Of a DNA stretch of 64,000 nucleotides, positions 46,228-55,635 are shown piece after piece. Each line of letters opens with the position of its first letter. Positions within the stretch are counted from its first letter, which is position 1. The translations under genes and the position numbers were made by a program. The notes under the pieces are model-generated. The model searched no databases and was not told the origin of the DNA. It saw only the letters and a program-made list of their open reading frames with translations. This stretch comes from Oligoflexia bacterium (lineage in GTDB: Bacteria; Bdellovibrionota; UBA1018; CAIMNF01), in contig CAIKYX010000274.1 of the NCBI GenBank assembly GCA_903831745.1, positions 25,063 through 89,062 on the forward strand. Reading direction: 5' to 3'.

Positions 46228-47982
46228 ATGCACACCTTGATCTCTACACTTTTAATCGCCTTTGCCTTCACCACAAATTCGCACGCCCTCGAAATGGATT
46301 ACTATCCGGGTTACATCGATCCAGTCGATGTCGATTCGTACGACGTCGACTCGCATGGCTCGAGCACTCCGGTCGATCCGGTCAGTGATATTCCGCGCTT
46401 CGAAAAATTTTCAAAGGGCCTCGACGCACTGAAGATTCCGCAAGAAGCCACTCCCGACTATGACCAGGATTTTCCAAAAGCCCTCGACGGCCGCGCCAGC
46501 TGGACGGGCGTAAAAGAAATCATGCGGTACATTGATCCGCAAAAAGCGCTTCAGAATTATTTGCACATCGAAGAACCTACCGAAGCAGGCGCGCCGGTAA
46601 CGATTACGGCGTATAAAGACACGTATAGCACCAAACTTCCGGCCGACTATCTCGAACACACGTTTCATTTGAACACGACCGATGTGAATAGCGACTCTCC
46701 GCGCCTGATCAACCGACTTCAAAAAATTGCGAATCAGGTAAAAACCAGAAATTCGGACGCATCTCCGCTTGCAGGGTTAAAGATCCTGCTCGATCCGGGC
46801 CATATTGGTAACGAAGAGTTCGACGACATCGAAGGCAAGCACGTACTTTATCCGACTGACGATCGTCACCGTAGAATTCCGGGTTCTCATAACATCAGCG
46901 AAGGCGAACTCAATCTTTGGACGGCGTACCTCGCAGCCAATGAACTAACCGAGCTCGGCGCAGCCGTTTATCTTTCGCGACCGACCGATGCCACGATCAT
47001 TCATGAAGACCTCGAACATTGGGATCCCACGCCGCAAATCAATCAATTCTTTTATGACGGCTTCGACCTTTGGATCATGAAGTATTTCTCGCAAGCGCAA
47101 GCGACCTTCAACCAATCTCTCGAAAACTCAGAGAGCTACAAAAATATTCTCGAGAGCAAGGTTCAAAATACGGGCGAGCGCAAACGCGAATACGTAATGA
47201 GTGCCGATCTCGATGCACGGGCTGCCCTGATCGACGCCAACCAATATGACCTGGTCATACCGATCCATTACGACGCACTTCAGACTTATCCTGACGATCT
47301 GGTAAAAGGCGACGACGTCGACGCATACGTGCCAGGTTCTTACATTCAAAGCACCATTACCGTTTCGCATCGTACGCTTCCGCAACGCGAGACTGGCTCA
47401 CGCAGGATTCGCGAACTCGCGATCAAGCATTTGCTCGAAGTCCGTCGTTGGCATCAGGCGGTCGATATGGCCGGTGCTATTACCTCTGCGGTCAGCAAGG
47501 AATTGAGCAAGGAACTGAAAGTCGATCTGACGACCCTTCCGAAAATCGATAGCGCCATCAAGGTTCGAGACGGCGTTTACGTCAGAAATCTTCATCTCTT
47601 AAATCGCCTCAGAAACGGCCTCATGGTTTATCTCGAAGGTTTTCATTACGACAATAAAGATGAATGGGAATTGCTGACCAATCAAAAGAAGCATCCTTAT
47701 GAGACGGGCACTTACGCGTATGCGCAAGCCGCAGTGGCGCAATCGAGCTACTTCAACCCTGCAGCCTTGACGGTAAAATCGGACTGGTCGAACTGGTGGA
47801 CATTTAGGAAGTCGTCGCCGAACCAGGTTACTTTTTCGTATCCTCCGCGAATCAAGGCCGTTGCCGAGGGAATCAAAACGGGCATCATGAATTACTTCGA
47901 AAATTTCGACCCGAATGTCTCACTCACAAACAAAGGAACCCGCCGTCTTCCGGGCCAGGCGTTTGAATTCGAAAAAAACTGA
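46228..47982 (+). CDS. Secreted N-acetylmuramoyl-L-alanine amidase (Amidase_3)-domain protein
   Basis: Signal peptide 'MHTLISTLLIAFAFTTNSHA'. 'KILLDPGHIGNEEFDD...NELTELGAAVYLSRPTD' matches the amidase_3 Zn-binding N-terminal block. Large flanking regions are unassigned. Confidence 0.6.
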   Translation: MHTLISTLLIAFAFTTNSHALEMDYYPGYIDPVDVDSYDVDSHGSSTPVDPVSDIPRFEKFSKGLDALKIPQEATPDYDQDFPKALDGRASWTGVKEIMRYIDPQKALQNYLHIEEPTEAGAPVTITAYKDTYSTKLPADYLEHTFHLNTTDVNSDSPRLINRLQKIANQVKTRNSDASPLAGLKILLDPGHIGNEEFDDIEGKHVLYPTDDRHRRIPGSHNISEGELNLWTAYLAANELTELGAAVYLSRPTDATIIHEDLEHWDPTPQINQFFYDGFDLWIMKYFSQAQATFNQSLENSESYKNILESKVQNTGERKREYVMSADLDARAALIDANQYDLVIPIHYDALQTYPDDLVKGDDVDAYVPGSYIQSTITVSHRTLPQRETGSRRIRELAIKHLLEVRRWHQAVDMAGAITSAVSKELSKELKVDLTTLPKIDSAIKVRDGVYVRNLHLLNRLRNGLMVYLEGFHYDNKDEWELLTNQKKHPYETGTYAYAQAAVAQSSYFNPAALTVKSDWSNWWTFRKSSPNQVTFSYPPRIKAVAEGIKTGIMNYFENFDPNVSLTNKGTRRLPGQAFEFEKN

Positions 47983-48003
47983 AACTTGCGCTACCGTTAA
48001 AGC

Positions 48004-48801
48004 ATGATCCTGGGCTTATTGCTTTTTTTCATTCATGACGTCAGCGCCAATCCTTGGAGCGTTGTTCGAAATCCGAGTCGCGGCACTTCCACTCCGATCG
48101 GATTTTATTCACATGGCTGCCTCGCCGGTGGCATCAAAGCCCCTTTGCAGGGCAAGGGATTTCAACTCATGCGCACGTCACGGGGTCGGTTCTACGGACA
48201 TCCGGACTTGATTCAATTTATTAAATCATTTGGTGAAGCCTTACACGAAAAGAAGCTCGTGGTGCTGGTCGGAGATCTGGGCCAACCCCGGGGCGGACCC
48301 ATGCCTTCTGGTCATAAAAGTCATCAAGTCGGCCTCGATGTCGACCTTTGGTTTTGGCATCACCGCCATCCCAATCGACTGCTTTCGAACTCTGACCGAG
48401 AAAAACTTTCAGCCCCCAGCATGCTCGATTCAAAAAAGCGTGTAATTCCGGCGCGTTTTACATCCGAGCAAATTACTAAACTGAAGATTTCTGCCGCAAA
48501 TCCAAGGGTGGAACGTATTTTTATAAATGGCCATATCAAGCAATATTTGTGTTCTTCTTTACCCGGTTCCGATTTAGCATGGTTGCATAAGCTTCGTCCT
48601 TGGAACGGCCATGAGGAACACTTTCATGTGCGACTCAAATGCCCGACAGACGCAGCAAAGTGTGAACCCCAAGAGCCAGTGCCCGACGGAGACGGGTGCG
48701 AAGAAGCAAAAGCTTGGAAAGAGTTCACTGCGCCGGAAGGAAAGCCTGTTCCGCCGCCCGAAGATTGCGAGAAGGTTTTGAAAGAATCGATCGCCGTCTG
48801 A
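48004..48801 (+). CDS. mepA: Penicillin-insensitive murein endopeptidase MepA (peptidase M74)
   Basis: 'RGRFYGHPDLIQFI', 'VGDLGQPRGGPMPSGHKSHQVGLDVDLWF', 'WNGHEEHFHVRLKCP' match the MepA family. N-terminal signal peptide. Confidence 0.85.
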   Translation: MILGLLLFFIHDVSANPWSVVRNPSRGTSTPIGFYSHGCLAGGIKAPLQGKGFQLMRTSRGRFYGHPDLIQFIKSFGEALHEKKLVVLVGDLGQPRGGPMPSGHKSHQVGLDVDLWFWHHRHPNRLLSNSDREKLSAPSMLDSKKRVIPARFTSEQITKLKISAANPRVERIFINGHIKQYLCSSLPGSDLAWLHKLRPWNGHEEHFHVRLKCPTDAAKCEPQEPVPDGDGCEEAKAWKEFTAPEGKPVPPPEDCEKVLKESIAV

Positions 48802-48803
48802 AA

Positions 48804-48819
48804 TGGCACAGAGAGTGCA
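48804..48819 (+). promoter_or_regulatory. Sigma54 (-24/-12)-like element upstream of recA (speculative)
   Basis: 'TGGCACagagaGTGCA' compared with consensus TGGCAC-N5-TTGCA. GG and GC are correctly spaced. Lies ~55 nt upstream of the recA ATG. A single match, and could be chance. Confidence 0.2.
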
Positions 48820-48872
48820 GAAAAAGTTTGAACCCAAACAATTGAACCCAGAAGCAAGCAATAGGAGTAAAT

Positions 48873-50027
48873 ATGGATAAGAGTGATATGAAGATCCACG
48901 AAGCAAAAGGTGGAGAAAAAGGCAAAGCAATCGAACTGGCCATCCAGTCGATCGAAAAACAATTCGGCAAAGGCTCGATCATGCGCCTCGGAAACGATGA
49001 GAGCATGGTTGCTGCCGATACACCGGTGGTTTCTACCGGTTCTCTCGGACTCGATCTCGCACTCGGAATCGGCGGACTGGCTCGCGGCCGAATCGTCGAA
49101 ATCTACGGACCTGAATCTTCAGGTAAAACCACTCTCGCACTTCACGCAGTAGCAGAAGCTCAAAAAATGGGCGGAATTGCTGCTTATGTCGATGCCGAGC
49201 ACGCTCTCGATGTGGGCTATGCGCGTAAATTGGGCGTTCGCACCGACGACCTTCTGATTTCTCAGCCGGATACCGGCGAGCAAGCTCTCGAAATTGTCGA
49301 TATGCTGGTTCGCTCAGGCGGAATCGATATTCTGGTGGTCGACTCTGTAGCTGCCCTCGTACCCCGCGCCGAAATCGAAGGCGAAATGGGCGATTCACAC
49401 ATGGGCTTGCAAGCCCGTTTGATGAGTCAGGCGCTTCGAAAACTCACGGGTACCATCAACCGCAGCAAAACACTGGTTATCTTCATCAATCAGATCCGCA
49501 TGAAGATCGGCGTCATGTTCGGTAACCCAGAAACCACTACCGGTGGTAACGCACTTAAGTTCTACGCTTCAGTTCGCCTCGACATTCGACGCATTCAAGC
49601 GATTAAAGATGGCGAAAACGTCATCGGTAACCGCACCCGCGTTAAAGTCGTCAAAAACAAACTGGCGCCTCCGTTCAAGGAAGTCGAATTCGACATTCTT
49701 TATGGCGAAGGAATTTCTAAAGAAGGCGATCTTCTCGATATTGCGGTTCAGCAAAACCTCATCGAGAAAAGCGGCACCTGGTTCTCTTATAAGGACGAGC
49801 GAATCGGACAAGGTCGCGATAACTCGACTCGCTGGCTAAAAGAGCGCCCGGAAGTTCTTAAAACATTGCGTGCAGAAGTTCTGGCTAAATCAGGAATCGG
49901 CCCTAAAGCCGCTACTCCTGCCGCGCCTACTGCCACTGCTGCCGGAAAACCCGTAGCTGCTGCAGCCACTGCCGCAAAAGACACTAAAGAAGCAGCGAAA
50001 CCAGTTGCTGCAGGCAAAAAGCAGTAA
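48873..50027 (+). CDS. recA: Recombinase RecA
   Basis: '[19 protein letters not shown]', '[10 protein letters not shown]', '[16 protein letters not shown]', L2 loop '[19 protein letters not shown]'. Ala/Lys/Pro-rich C-terminal tail. Confidence 0.97.
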   Translation: MDKSDMKIHEAKGGEKGKAIELAIQSIEKQFGKGSIMRLGNDESMVAADTPVVSTGSLGLDLALGIGGLARGRIVEIYGPESSGKTTLALHAVAEAQKMGGIAAYVDAEHALDVGYARKLGVRTDDLLISQPDTGEQALEIVDMLVRSGGIDILVVDSVAALVPRAEIEGEMGDSHMGLQARLMSQALRKLTGTINRSKTLVIFINQIRMKIGVMFGNPETTTGGNALKFYASVRLDIRRIQAIKDGENVIGNRTRVKVVKNKLAPPFKEVEFDILYGEGISKEGDLLDIAVQQNLIEKSGTWFSYKDERIGQGRDNSTRWLKERPEVLKTLRAEVLAKSGIGPKAATPAAPTATAAGKPVAAAATAAKDTKEAAKPVAAGKKQ

Positions 50028-50052
50028 TTTAGAGATACAAAAAATAAGCGAC

Positions 50053-50086
50053 GGCCCACTTTCAATTCGGGAAGTGGGCCGTTTTT
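50053..50086 (+). terminator. Rho-independent terminator after recA
   Basis: 'ggcccactt-tcaattcggg-aagtgggcc' hairpin (50053-50080) followed by GTTTTTAT. Confidence 0.75.
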
Positions 50087-50090
50087 ATAA

Positions 50091-50137
50091 GTATAAGGCT
50101 GCCACAAAGTGGCTTTGCCACTTGTAGGCAGCTGGAA
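50091..50137. repeat. REP-like palindromic element, copy A (47 bp)
   Basis: 'gtataaggctgccacaaagtggctttgccacttgtaggcagctggaa'. Internally hairpin-forming. It is the reverse complement (1 mismatch) of 52033-52079. Confidence 0.7.
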
Positions 50138-50362
50138 TTAATTCTTACAGGATTTCTTCGCGGTCGGTAACGCACTCTTTGCAGAATCCGGTGCCTTGCA
50201 ATCCGGACAGGCAGCCGAGATATCGCAAATCATGGCTTTCCACATCTTATCCCGCGTCTTTGAAATCGCCTGAGAGATCATCGCGGTCATCCCTAGAATA
50301 ATCGTCAGCAAGAGAATATATTCGATGATGGCTTGCCCGCTTTGGGCGGTTTTCGTTTTCAC
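50138..50362 (-). CDS. flp: Flp/Fap-family type IVb prepilin
   Basis: 74 aa. 'MKTKTAQSG|QAIIEYILLLTIILG' fits the Flp leader + G/xxxxEY processing motif plus a hydrophobic helix. C-terminal Cys pairs. No tad/cpa genes lie in the window. Confidence 0.65.
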   Translation of the reverse strand: MKTKTAQSGQAIIEYILLLTIILGMTAMISQAISKTRDKMWKAMICDISAACPDCKAPDSAKSALPTAKKSCKN

Positions 50363-50392
50363 AGCTCTTATTTTAAGATAAACTCAGAAAAT

Positions 50393-50959
50393 ATGGAAGA
50401 AAGTCCGATGCCGTCAAAAAAGCGTGTCCTGATCCCGATTGTGGTCATCCTCGTCCTCATCGTCGGTGCCCTGATGGCGATCAAAGCCTCGGTACACAAG
50501 GACGCCCATCTGAACACCCAGTCAGTCGAGCTGATTGAGGGTGCTCAATTGCCGGATTTTCAACTCGTTCGTCTCGACGGCACCAAGGTTTCGGTCGGCG
50601 ATCTGCAAAACAAAGTCATGATGATCAATTTCTGGGCCACCTGGTGCGAAGCCTGTATGGAAGAAATGCCGTCAATTGTCGGCTTGCGCGAAAAATACGC
50701 CCCCAAGGGCTTCGAGGTACTGGCCATCAACGTCGATGAAAATCCGGATCAGGTCGTACCCACTGCCATCAAAAAATTCGGAATCAAATTTCCGGTATTT
50801 ACCGACAAAAACAATGCCATGTCAGAACTCTTCGATGTGCATGCCATTCCGCTTACTGTCGTCATCGATAAGGATCGCAAAATTCTGATGGTCGAATCAG
50901 GCGGCCGCGAATGGATGGGCGACGACGTTCAACAAATGCTGACGAAGTGGTTACAATAA
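50393..50959 (+). CDS. TlpA/ResA-like periplasmic thiol:disulfide oxidoreductase (thioredoxin fold)
   Basis: N-terminal TM anchor 'VLIPIVVILVLIVGALMAI'. 'INFWATWCEACMEEMP' is a WCxxC active site. 'AINVDE...FPVFTDK' is typical of the TlpA/DsbE family. The start was moved from the track's 50333, which would overlap flp. Confidence 0.75.
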   Translation: MEESPMPSKKRVLIPIVVILVLIVGALMAIKASVHKDAHLNTQSVELIEGAQLPDFQLVRLDGTKVSVGDLQNKVMMINFWATWCEACMEEMPSIVGLREKYAPKGFEVLAINVDENPDQVVPTAIKKFGIKFPVFTDKNNAMSELFDVHAIPLTVVIDKDRKILMVESGGREWMGDDVQQMLTKWLQ

Positions 50960-50969
50960 GCCGATTCAA

Positions 50970-51302
50970 CTAAATGATTTTTACGAGTTCAGCGACGGTG
51001 GTAACGTGCACGCCCACTGAAGTTTCGCGCATGATCGACTCGCGAACTTTTGCCGCAGCCTTGTAGTGCTCGGTTGCAAAGGCTTCTTTCATATCTGCTT
51101 CAGACTCGAAGCTCATCACCGCTACCCCATCGATCGGATCTTCGGCTTTGTCTTTACCACGGTCATTCAGATGGTATTGATCGTAGGCAATAATTTTCGG
51201 AAATTGACGGTACATGGGGCCGTAAACTTCTTTCCAGACGCGTCTAAATTCTTCTTGTGATACTTCAGGTTTTTTTCTGACCGTGACTAAAATGGTAAAC
51301 AT
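50970..51302 (-). CDS. EthD-like / dimeric alpha+beta-barrel family protein
   Basis: 110 aa. 'MFTILVTVRKKPEVSQEEFRRVWKEVYGPM...DQYHL' fits the EthD/stress-responsive dimeric alpha+beta-barrel pattern. Confidence 0.5.
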   Translation of the reverse strand: MFTILVTVRKKPEVSQEEFRRVWKEVYGPMYRQFPKIIAYDQYHLNDRGKDKAEDPIDGVAVMSFESEADMKEAFATEHYKAAAKVRESIMRETSVGVHVTTVAELVKII

Positions 51303-51311
51303 GTTTTTCCT

Positions 51312-51974
51312 TTAAAGAAAAACGGCGAGCTTGGCGTTTTTGCCACAGTAATCCATAATCGCATTCACGTCATCTGTTTGAATGCTGTAAAGATCGACCG
51401 ACTTCGGGTTCTTAAAAATTTCAAAGTACTTGGCATTGTAAGTTTCGTTTGATGGTTGATTTCGCATTTCGACATACGATTGCTGCTCGAACGCCTCAAG
51501 TGCGCCACCCACGTACGGCTGCCTGCTCATTTTCTGGCACGACTCGCGAGAAACCGGAATCCGCCCCGGATTCGTTTCGCCTTCGACGGCAAAACCAATC
51601 AGCGAACAATAACGATCGAAATAAAAGGTCACAGGCGTTACACTGGGTGGTTCTTTGCTCTGCTTCCAATATTTGGCATCGTCTCCGGGTTCGCTTGGCC
51701 GCTCGACGAGGTCGATTCTAAAATTTCCGCCCTGCGTTTCCATGACGGTTAGCTGAGGCTTGGCCACATTGGGCACTGCGATCATCTTTCTGCCGGAATA
51801 AACTTGATAAGGAGTGACGTTACTGACTTCCCACGTGCCGAGAAACTTGCTCATTCGGGCATTACACATCTGATTGCTTCCGAAAATCGGGTTGAGCATC
51901 GTCAGCATCGGCGCCTGGGCAAAGGCATTTGCACTTGCAATCAAAAATAGGGGTAGAAGCAAGAATTTGGACAT
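51312..51974 (-). CDS. Secreted hypothetical protein
   Basis: Signal peptide 'MSKFLLLPLFLIASANAFA'. No family recognised. Confidence 0.45.
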   Translation of the reverse strand: MSKFLLLPLFLIASANAFAQAPMLTMLNPIFGSNQMCNARMSKFLGTWEVSNVTPYQVYSGRKMIAVPNVAKPQLTVMETQGGNFRIDLVERPSEPGDDAKYWKQSKEPPSVTPVTFYFDRYCSLIGFAVEGETNPGRIPVSRESCQKMSRQPYVGGALEAFEQQSYVEMRNQPSNETYNAKYFEIFKNPKSVDLYSIQTDDVNAIMDYCGKNAKLAVFL

Positions 51975-52032
51975 GGGGGCCTAGATTACGTCAATTGACT
52001 ACATTAGTCAAGCAATAAATGCCTTATACTTA

Positions 52033-52079
52033 TTCCAGCTGCCTACAAGTGGCAAAGCCACTTTGCGGCAGCCTTATAC
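52033..52079. repeat. REP-like palindromic element, copy B (47 bp, inverted relative to copy A)
   Basis: 'ttccagctgcctacaagtggcaaagccactttgcggcagccttatac'. It is the reverse complement of 50091-50137 with one mismatch. Lies between hutI and the next minus-strand gene. Confidence 0.7.
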
Positions 52080-52084
52080 TGGGA

Positions 52085-53284
52085 TTACCACCCCATTCGG
52101 TAGTACATCTCTTCAAAGCGGTCATAGGGTAAAACTACGAAATCTGAATCAAATCCAGGCAAAAGGGCGCCCTTGGTGGCTTCACGTCCAAGCGATGCCG
52201 CCGCACTATAGGTTACACCTGCAAAGATTTCTGCCGAATTCATCTGCATATGAAGCGCGCTCAGATTCATCATCAACGGCAAGTTCAGCGAGTAGCAAGA
52301 ACCAGGATTAAAGTCGGTCGCAATCGCCACTCGCACTCCGGCATCAAGCATCTTACGGGCCGGGGCATACGCTTCCTTGAGGTAAAAAGCAGTACCTGGC
52401 AAAAGTCCTGCAACGGTATCTGCTTTGGCGAGGGCTGCAATTCCTTTATTCGATATTTTAAGCAAATGATCGGCAGAGTGAGCTTCTAACTTGGCCGCTA
52501 GATGAGCCGACTCGGTGTTGCCCATTTCATCGGCATGAATCTTGGTCTTCAGTCCTAATTTTTTAGCAGCACGCAAGATTCGCTCGCCGTCCTGATGCGA
52601 ATAATAACCTTCATCGACAAAAACATCGCAGAACTCGGCGAGATTCTTCTTTTTGATCTCGGGCAAAGTCTGATGAATCATCTCGTCGATGTACTTTGCT
52701 TTCTTTACGTTCGGCGGAATCGCGTGAGCACCCAGATACGTCGACACAAAAGTCATTTGGGGAATCGCTTTTTTAAGGTGCTCGATCACTTTTAGACATT
52801 TGATTTCGCTTTCGTGATCGAGGCCGTAGCCTGATTTACATTCGATCGTTCGCACCCCATGACGGTACGCAATCAACGCGCGTTTGATCGCCAGCTCAAA
52901 TAGCTGCTCGATACTGGCTTCGCGAGTGGCTTTTACGGTAGTAAGAATTCCACCGCCTTCATTTGCGATTTCTTGGTAAGTAGTGCCCGCGCAGCGACGC
53001 GCAAATTCGTGAGCCCTCGATCCGGCAAACACCAAGTGTGTATGCGAATCAATCAGACCGGGCATGATCGCGCGCTTACCCTTCAGTTTCATTGCTTTTA
53101 CTTTTTTGTATTTAGCAGGCAGCTCTGAAGTTTTGCCAACCCAGAGAATTTTATCCGAATCACAAACGATGGCGCCGTCTGCAATCGCACTGACGTCATC
53201 CGGAACCAACATCCTTCCTTCTTTGTTGACGATACCTTCGCCGGTGTAAACAAAAGACGCGTGTGAGAATACTGAAATGGCCAT
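52085..53284 (-). CDS. hutI: Imidazolonepropionase
   Basis: 'GLIDSHTHLVFAGSRAHEF', 'HADE', 'DHL' and metal-ligand His/Asp pattern. 399 aa. Follows hutU by 9 nt. Confidence 0.9.
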   Translation of the reverse strand: MAISVFSHASFVYTGEGIVNKEGRMLVPDDVSAIADGAIVCDSDKILWVGKTSELPAKYKKVKAMKLKGKRAIMPGLIDSHTHLVFAGSRAHEFARRCAGTTYQEIANEGGGILTTVKATREASIEQLFELAIKRALIAYRHGVRTIECKSGYGLDHESEIKCLKVIEHLKKAIPQMTFVSTYLGAHAIPPNVKKAKYIDEMIHQTLPEIKKKNLAEFCDVFVDEGYYSHQDGERILRAAKKLGLKTKIHADEMGNTESAHLAAKLEAHSADHLLKISNKGIAALAKADTVAGLLPGTAFYLKEAYAPARKMLDAGVRVAIATDFNPGSCYSLNLPLMMNLSALHMQMNSAEIFAGVTYSAAASLGREATKGALLPGFDSDFVVLPYDRFEEMYYRMGW

Positions 53285-53293
53285 GTTGATTCC

Positions 53294-54958
53294 TTATTTC
53301 AGCATGGGCATGCTGGCACCATACAGATGAAGTTTTTCTTTTGCGTTTTCGATGGCAAGATCGTAACCCGCATCAGCATGACGAACAATTCCCATGCCTG
53401 GATCACTCGTCAGTACCCGTTCGAGTCTTAGATCGGCTTCAGGAGTTCCATCCGCTACAATCACCATACCCGCATGAATCGAATATCCCATGCCGACTCC
53501 GCCACCGTGATGCACGCTGACCCAAGATGCGCCGTTGACCGCATTGATCATGGCATTTAAAATCGGCCAATCTGCGACCGCATCTGAACCATCCTTCATC
53601 GCTTCGGTCTCGCGATTTGGAGACGCCACCGATCCGCAATCGAGGTGATCTCGACCGATAACGATCGGAGCTTTTACTTTGCCTTCGCGAACGAGTCGGT
53701 TGAATAAAAGTCCTGCTTTTAATCGTTCGCCAAAACCCAGCCAACAAATACGGGCAGGAAGGCCCTGAAAAGCGATGCGTTCGGCAGCCACATCAAGCCA
53801 TTGGTGCAAAAGCTTATGCTCCGGAAATAATTTCTTAAGTTCGCGATCGGTCGTCGCGATATCTTCTGGATCGCCCGAAAGCGCCACCCAACGAAAGGGC
53901 CCGCGGCCTTCACAAAATTGAGGGCGAATGTAGGCCGGAACAAAGCCCGGAAAATCAAACGCATGATCGACGCCTGCCTTGATGGCTTGCGCTCGGATAT
54001 TATTTCCGTAATCGAACACGATGGTTCCGCGCTTCTGAAATTCGAGCATCGAAGCCACATGCTTACCCATACTGGCGACCGCGCGTTTTTTATATTCTTC
54101 GGGATTCTCTTTACGCAGAACCTCGGCTTCCTCGAGACTCAGTCCATGAGGAACATAACCATTCAGCTCGTCATGGGCACTGGTCTGATCGGTTAAGAGA
54201 TCGGGTAAGAAGTTTCGCTTCAGAAGCTCTTGTAGAACGTCGACTGCATTACCGATCACACCGATCGAGCGCGCCGCTTTAGCTGACTTCGCTTTTTCGA
54301 CTGCCTTTAACGCATCATCGAGATTTTCATAAAGTTCGTCGAGGTAACGGGTTTCGATGCGGCGATGCGCACGTACCGGATCAATTTCGATATTCAGCGA
54401 AACTGCACCTGCGATCGAGGCGGCAAGCGGTTGCGCCCCACCCATTCCACCCAGTCCTGCAGTCAATACCACTCGCCCTGCAAGAGATCCGCCAAAATGT
54501 TTGCGGCCTGCTTCGGCAAAAGTTTCGAACGTTCCTTGAATGATTCCTTGAGTACCGATGTAGATCCACGAGCCTGCTGTCATTTGCCCGTACATCATCA
54601 GGCCCTTTTTATCGAGTTCGTTAAAATGTTCCCAATTCGCCCACTTCGGTACGAGCATGCTGTTCGAAAGAATGACTCTCGGAGCGTTCTCATGCGAACG
54701 AAATACGGCAACCGGTTTACCGCTTTGAATGAGCAAAGTCTCATCGTTCTTTAGCGACTTCAGTGTCTTGACAATCGCGTGATAGCAATCCCAATTACGG
54801 GCTGCTTTTCCGATTCCGCCGTAAACGACGAGTTCATCCGGATTCTCGGCTACTGCCGGATCGAGATTGTTCATGAGCATGCGCATGGCTGCTTCTTGTA
54901 CCCAGCCTTGGCAAGAAAGTGTAGAACCGTGGGGCGCGTGAATCGGTGTTGAGTTCAT
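53294..54958 (-). CDS. hutU: Urocanate hydratase (urocanase)
   Basis: 554 aa. '[15 protein letters not shown]', '[18 protein letters not shown]' and N-terminal '[12 protein letters not shown]' are diagnostic of HutU. Confidence 0.95.
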   Translation of the reverse strand: MNSTPIHAPHGSTLSCQGWVQEAAMRMLMNNLDPAVAENPDELVVYGGIGKAARNWDCYHAIVKTLKSLKNDETLLIQSGKPVAVFRSHENAPRVILSNSMLVPKWANWEHFNELDKKGLMMYGQMTAGSWIYIGTQGIIQGTFETFAEAGRKHFGGSLAGRVVLTAGLGGMGGAQPLAASIAGAVSLNIEIDPVRAHRRIETRYLDELYENLDDALKAVEKAKSAKAARSIGVIGNAVDVLQELLKRNFLPDLLTDQTSAHDELNGYVPHGLSLEEAEVLRKENPEEYKKRAVASMGKHVASMLEFQKRGTIVFDYGNNIRAQAIKAGVDHAFDFPGFVPAYIRPQFCEGRGPFRWVALSGDPEDIATTDRELKKLFPEHKLLHQWLDVAAERIAFQGLPARICWLGFGERLKAGLLFNRLVREGKVKAPIVIGRDHLDCGSVASPNRETEAMKDGSDAVADWPILNAMINAVNGASWVSVHHGGGVGMGYSIHAGMVIVADGTPEADLRLERVLTSDPGMGIVRHADAGYDLAIENAKEKLHLYGASMPMLK

Positions 54959-54990
54959 GCCCCGAGATTACATTAAAGCCCTGAACGAGG

Positions 54991-55521
54991 CTATTCTGAA
55001 TCGACGGATTTTTTCAGACTCGTGCGAATTCCGCTGATGCCGATGGTTTTTCCCCAAAGGATGTTCGACGATACATACGCCGCGTTGACTTCTTTTTTAG
55101 AGCGAAGATCGACTACTTTGTAATGGTTTGTAACGGGATCAATTGAAACCTTAAAATCGGCCGAGCCCCAATTGCCGCTGATGCCGCTCTTCAAATATTC
55201 GAGCGTTACGGTCGCAGAGGTGCTTGATTCTGGCTGCGCGCTCATCTTGACGACATCGCGTCCCTTTTTAGTCATCAGCACGCCCGACTCGTTTACAATG
55301 TCGGCAGGTTTGAACCTGAGCATCCGCAAATCCGGATTTTCTCGCGATTGGTCTTCGTAATAAATATCGACGATGCGGTTGTTATCGTCGACATCAAGCC
55401 CCAAGTGATAAGGGGGATCGTCCGGATAATCTTGTGCGGTGACTTCAATTAAAGAAAGTTGCTTTGCGTGGGCATTGATACCGATCAACGCCAGAACCCC
55501 GATGATAAAAATTTTGCTCAT
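54991..55521 (-). CDS. Secreted hypothetical protein
   Basis: Signal peptide 'MSKIFIIGVLALIGINAHA'. No family recognised. Confidence 0.45.
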   Translation of the reverse strand: MSKIFIIGVLALIGINAHAKQLSLIEVTAQDYPDDPPYHLGLDVDDNNRIVDIYYEDQSRENPDLRMLRFKPADIVNESGVLMTKKGRDVVKMSAQPESSTSATVTLEYLKSGISGNWGSADFKVSIDPVTNHYKVVDLRSKKEVNAAYVSSNILWGKTIGISGIRTSLKKSVDSE

Positions 55522-55635
55522 TTCTCCTCCATTGCTTTCCCGAAACGGAACGTAATGCAGTGCGCAAAATGAGTCAACTAAAAATGTTTAATAAGAATAA
55601 ATGCTTTAATTACAATAATATAAATAGCAATTCGC

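Noticed and set aside
48820-48840. Palindrome GTTTGaacccAAAC upstream of recA as a LexA (SOS) box
   Set aside because: It does not resemble any LexA consensus I can recall with confidence. The 5-bp arms are too short to call without a genome-wide motif model.
49900-50027. RecA C-terminal Ala/Lys/Pro-rich tail as a separate feature or fusion
   Set aside because: Low-complexity acidic or basic C-terminal tails are common in RecA proteins. It is in frame with no junction signal.
50091-52079. Interpretation of the inverted-repeat-bounded cassette as an IS element or transposon
   Set aside because: No transposase, integrase or recombinase gene lies inside or adjacent, and there are no target-site duplications flanking the repeats. 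The repeats are themselves hairpins and sit in intergenic terminator-like positions, which fits REP-like elements better.
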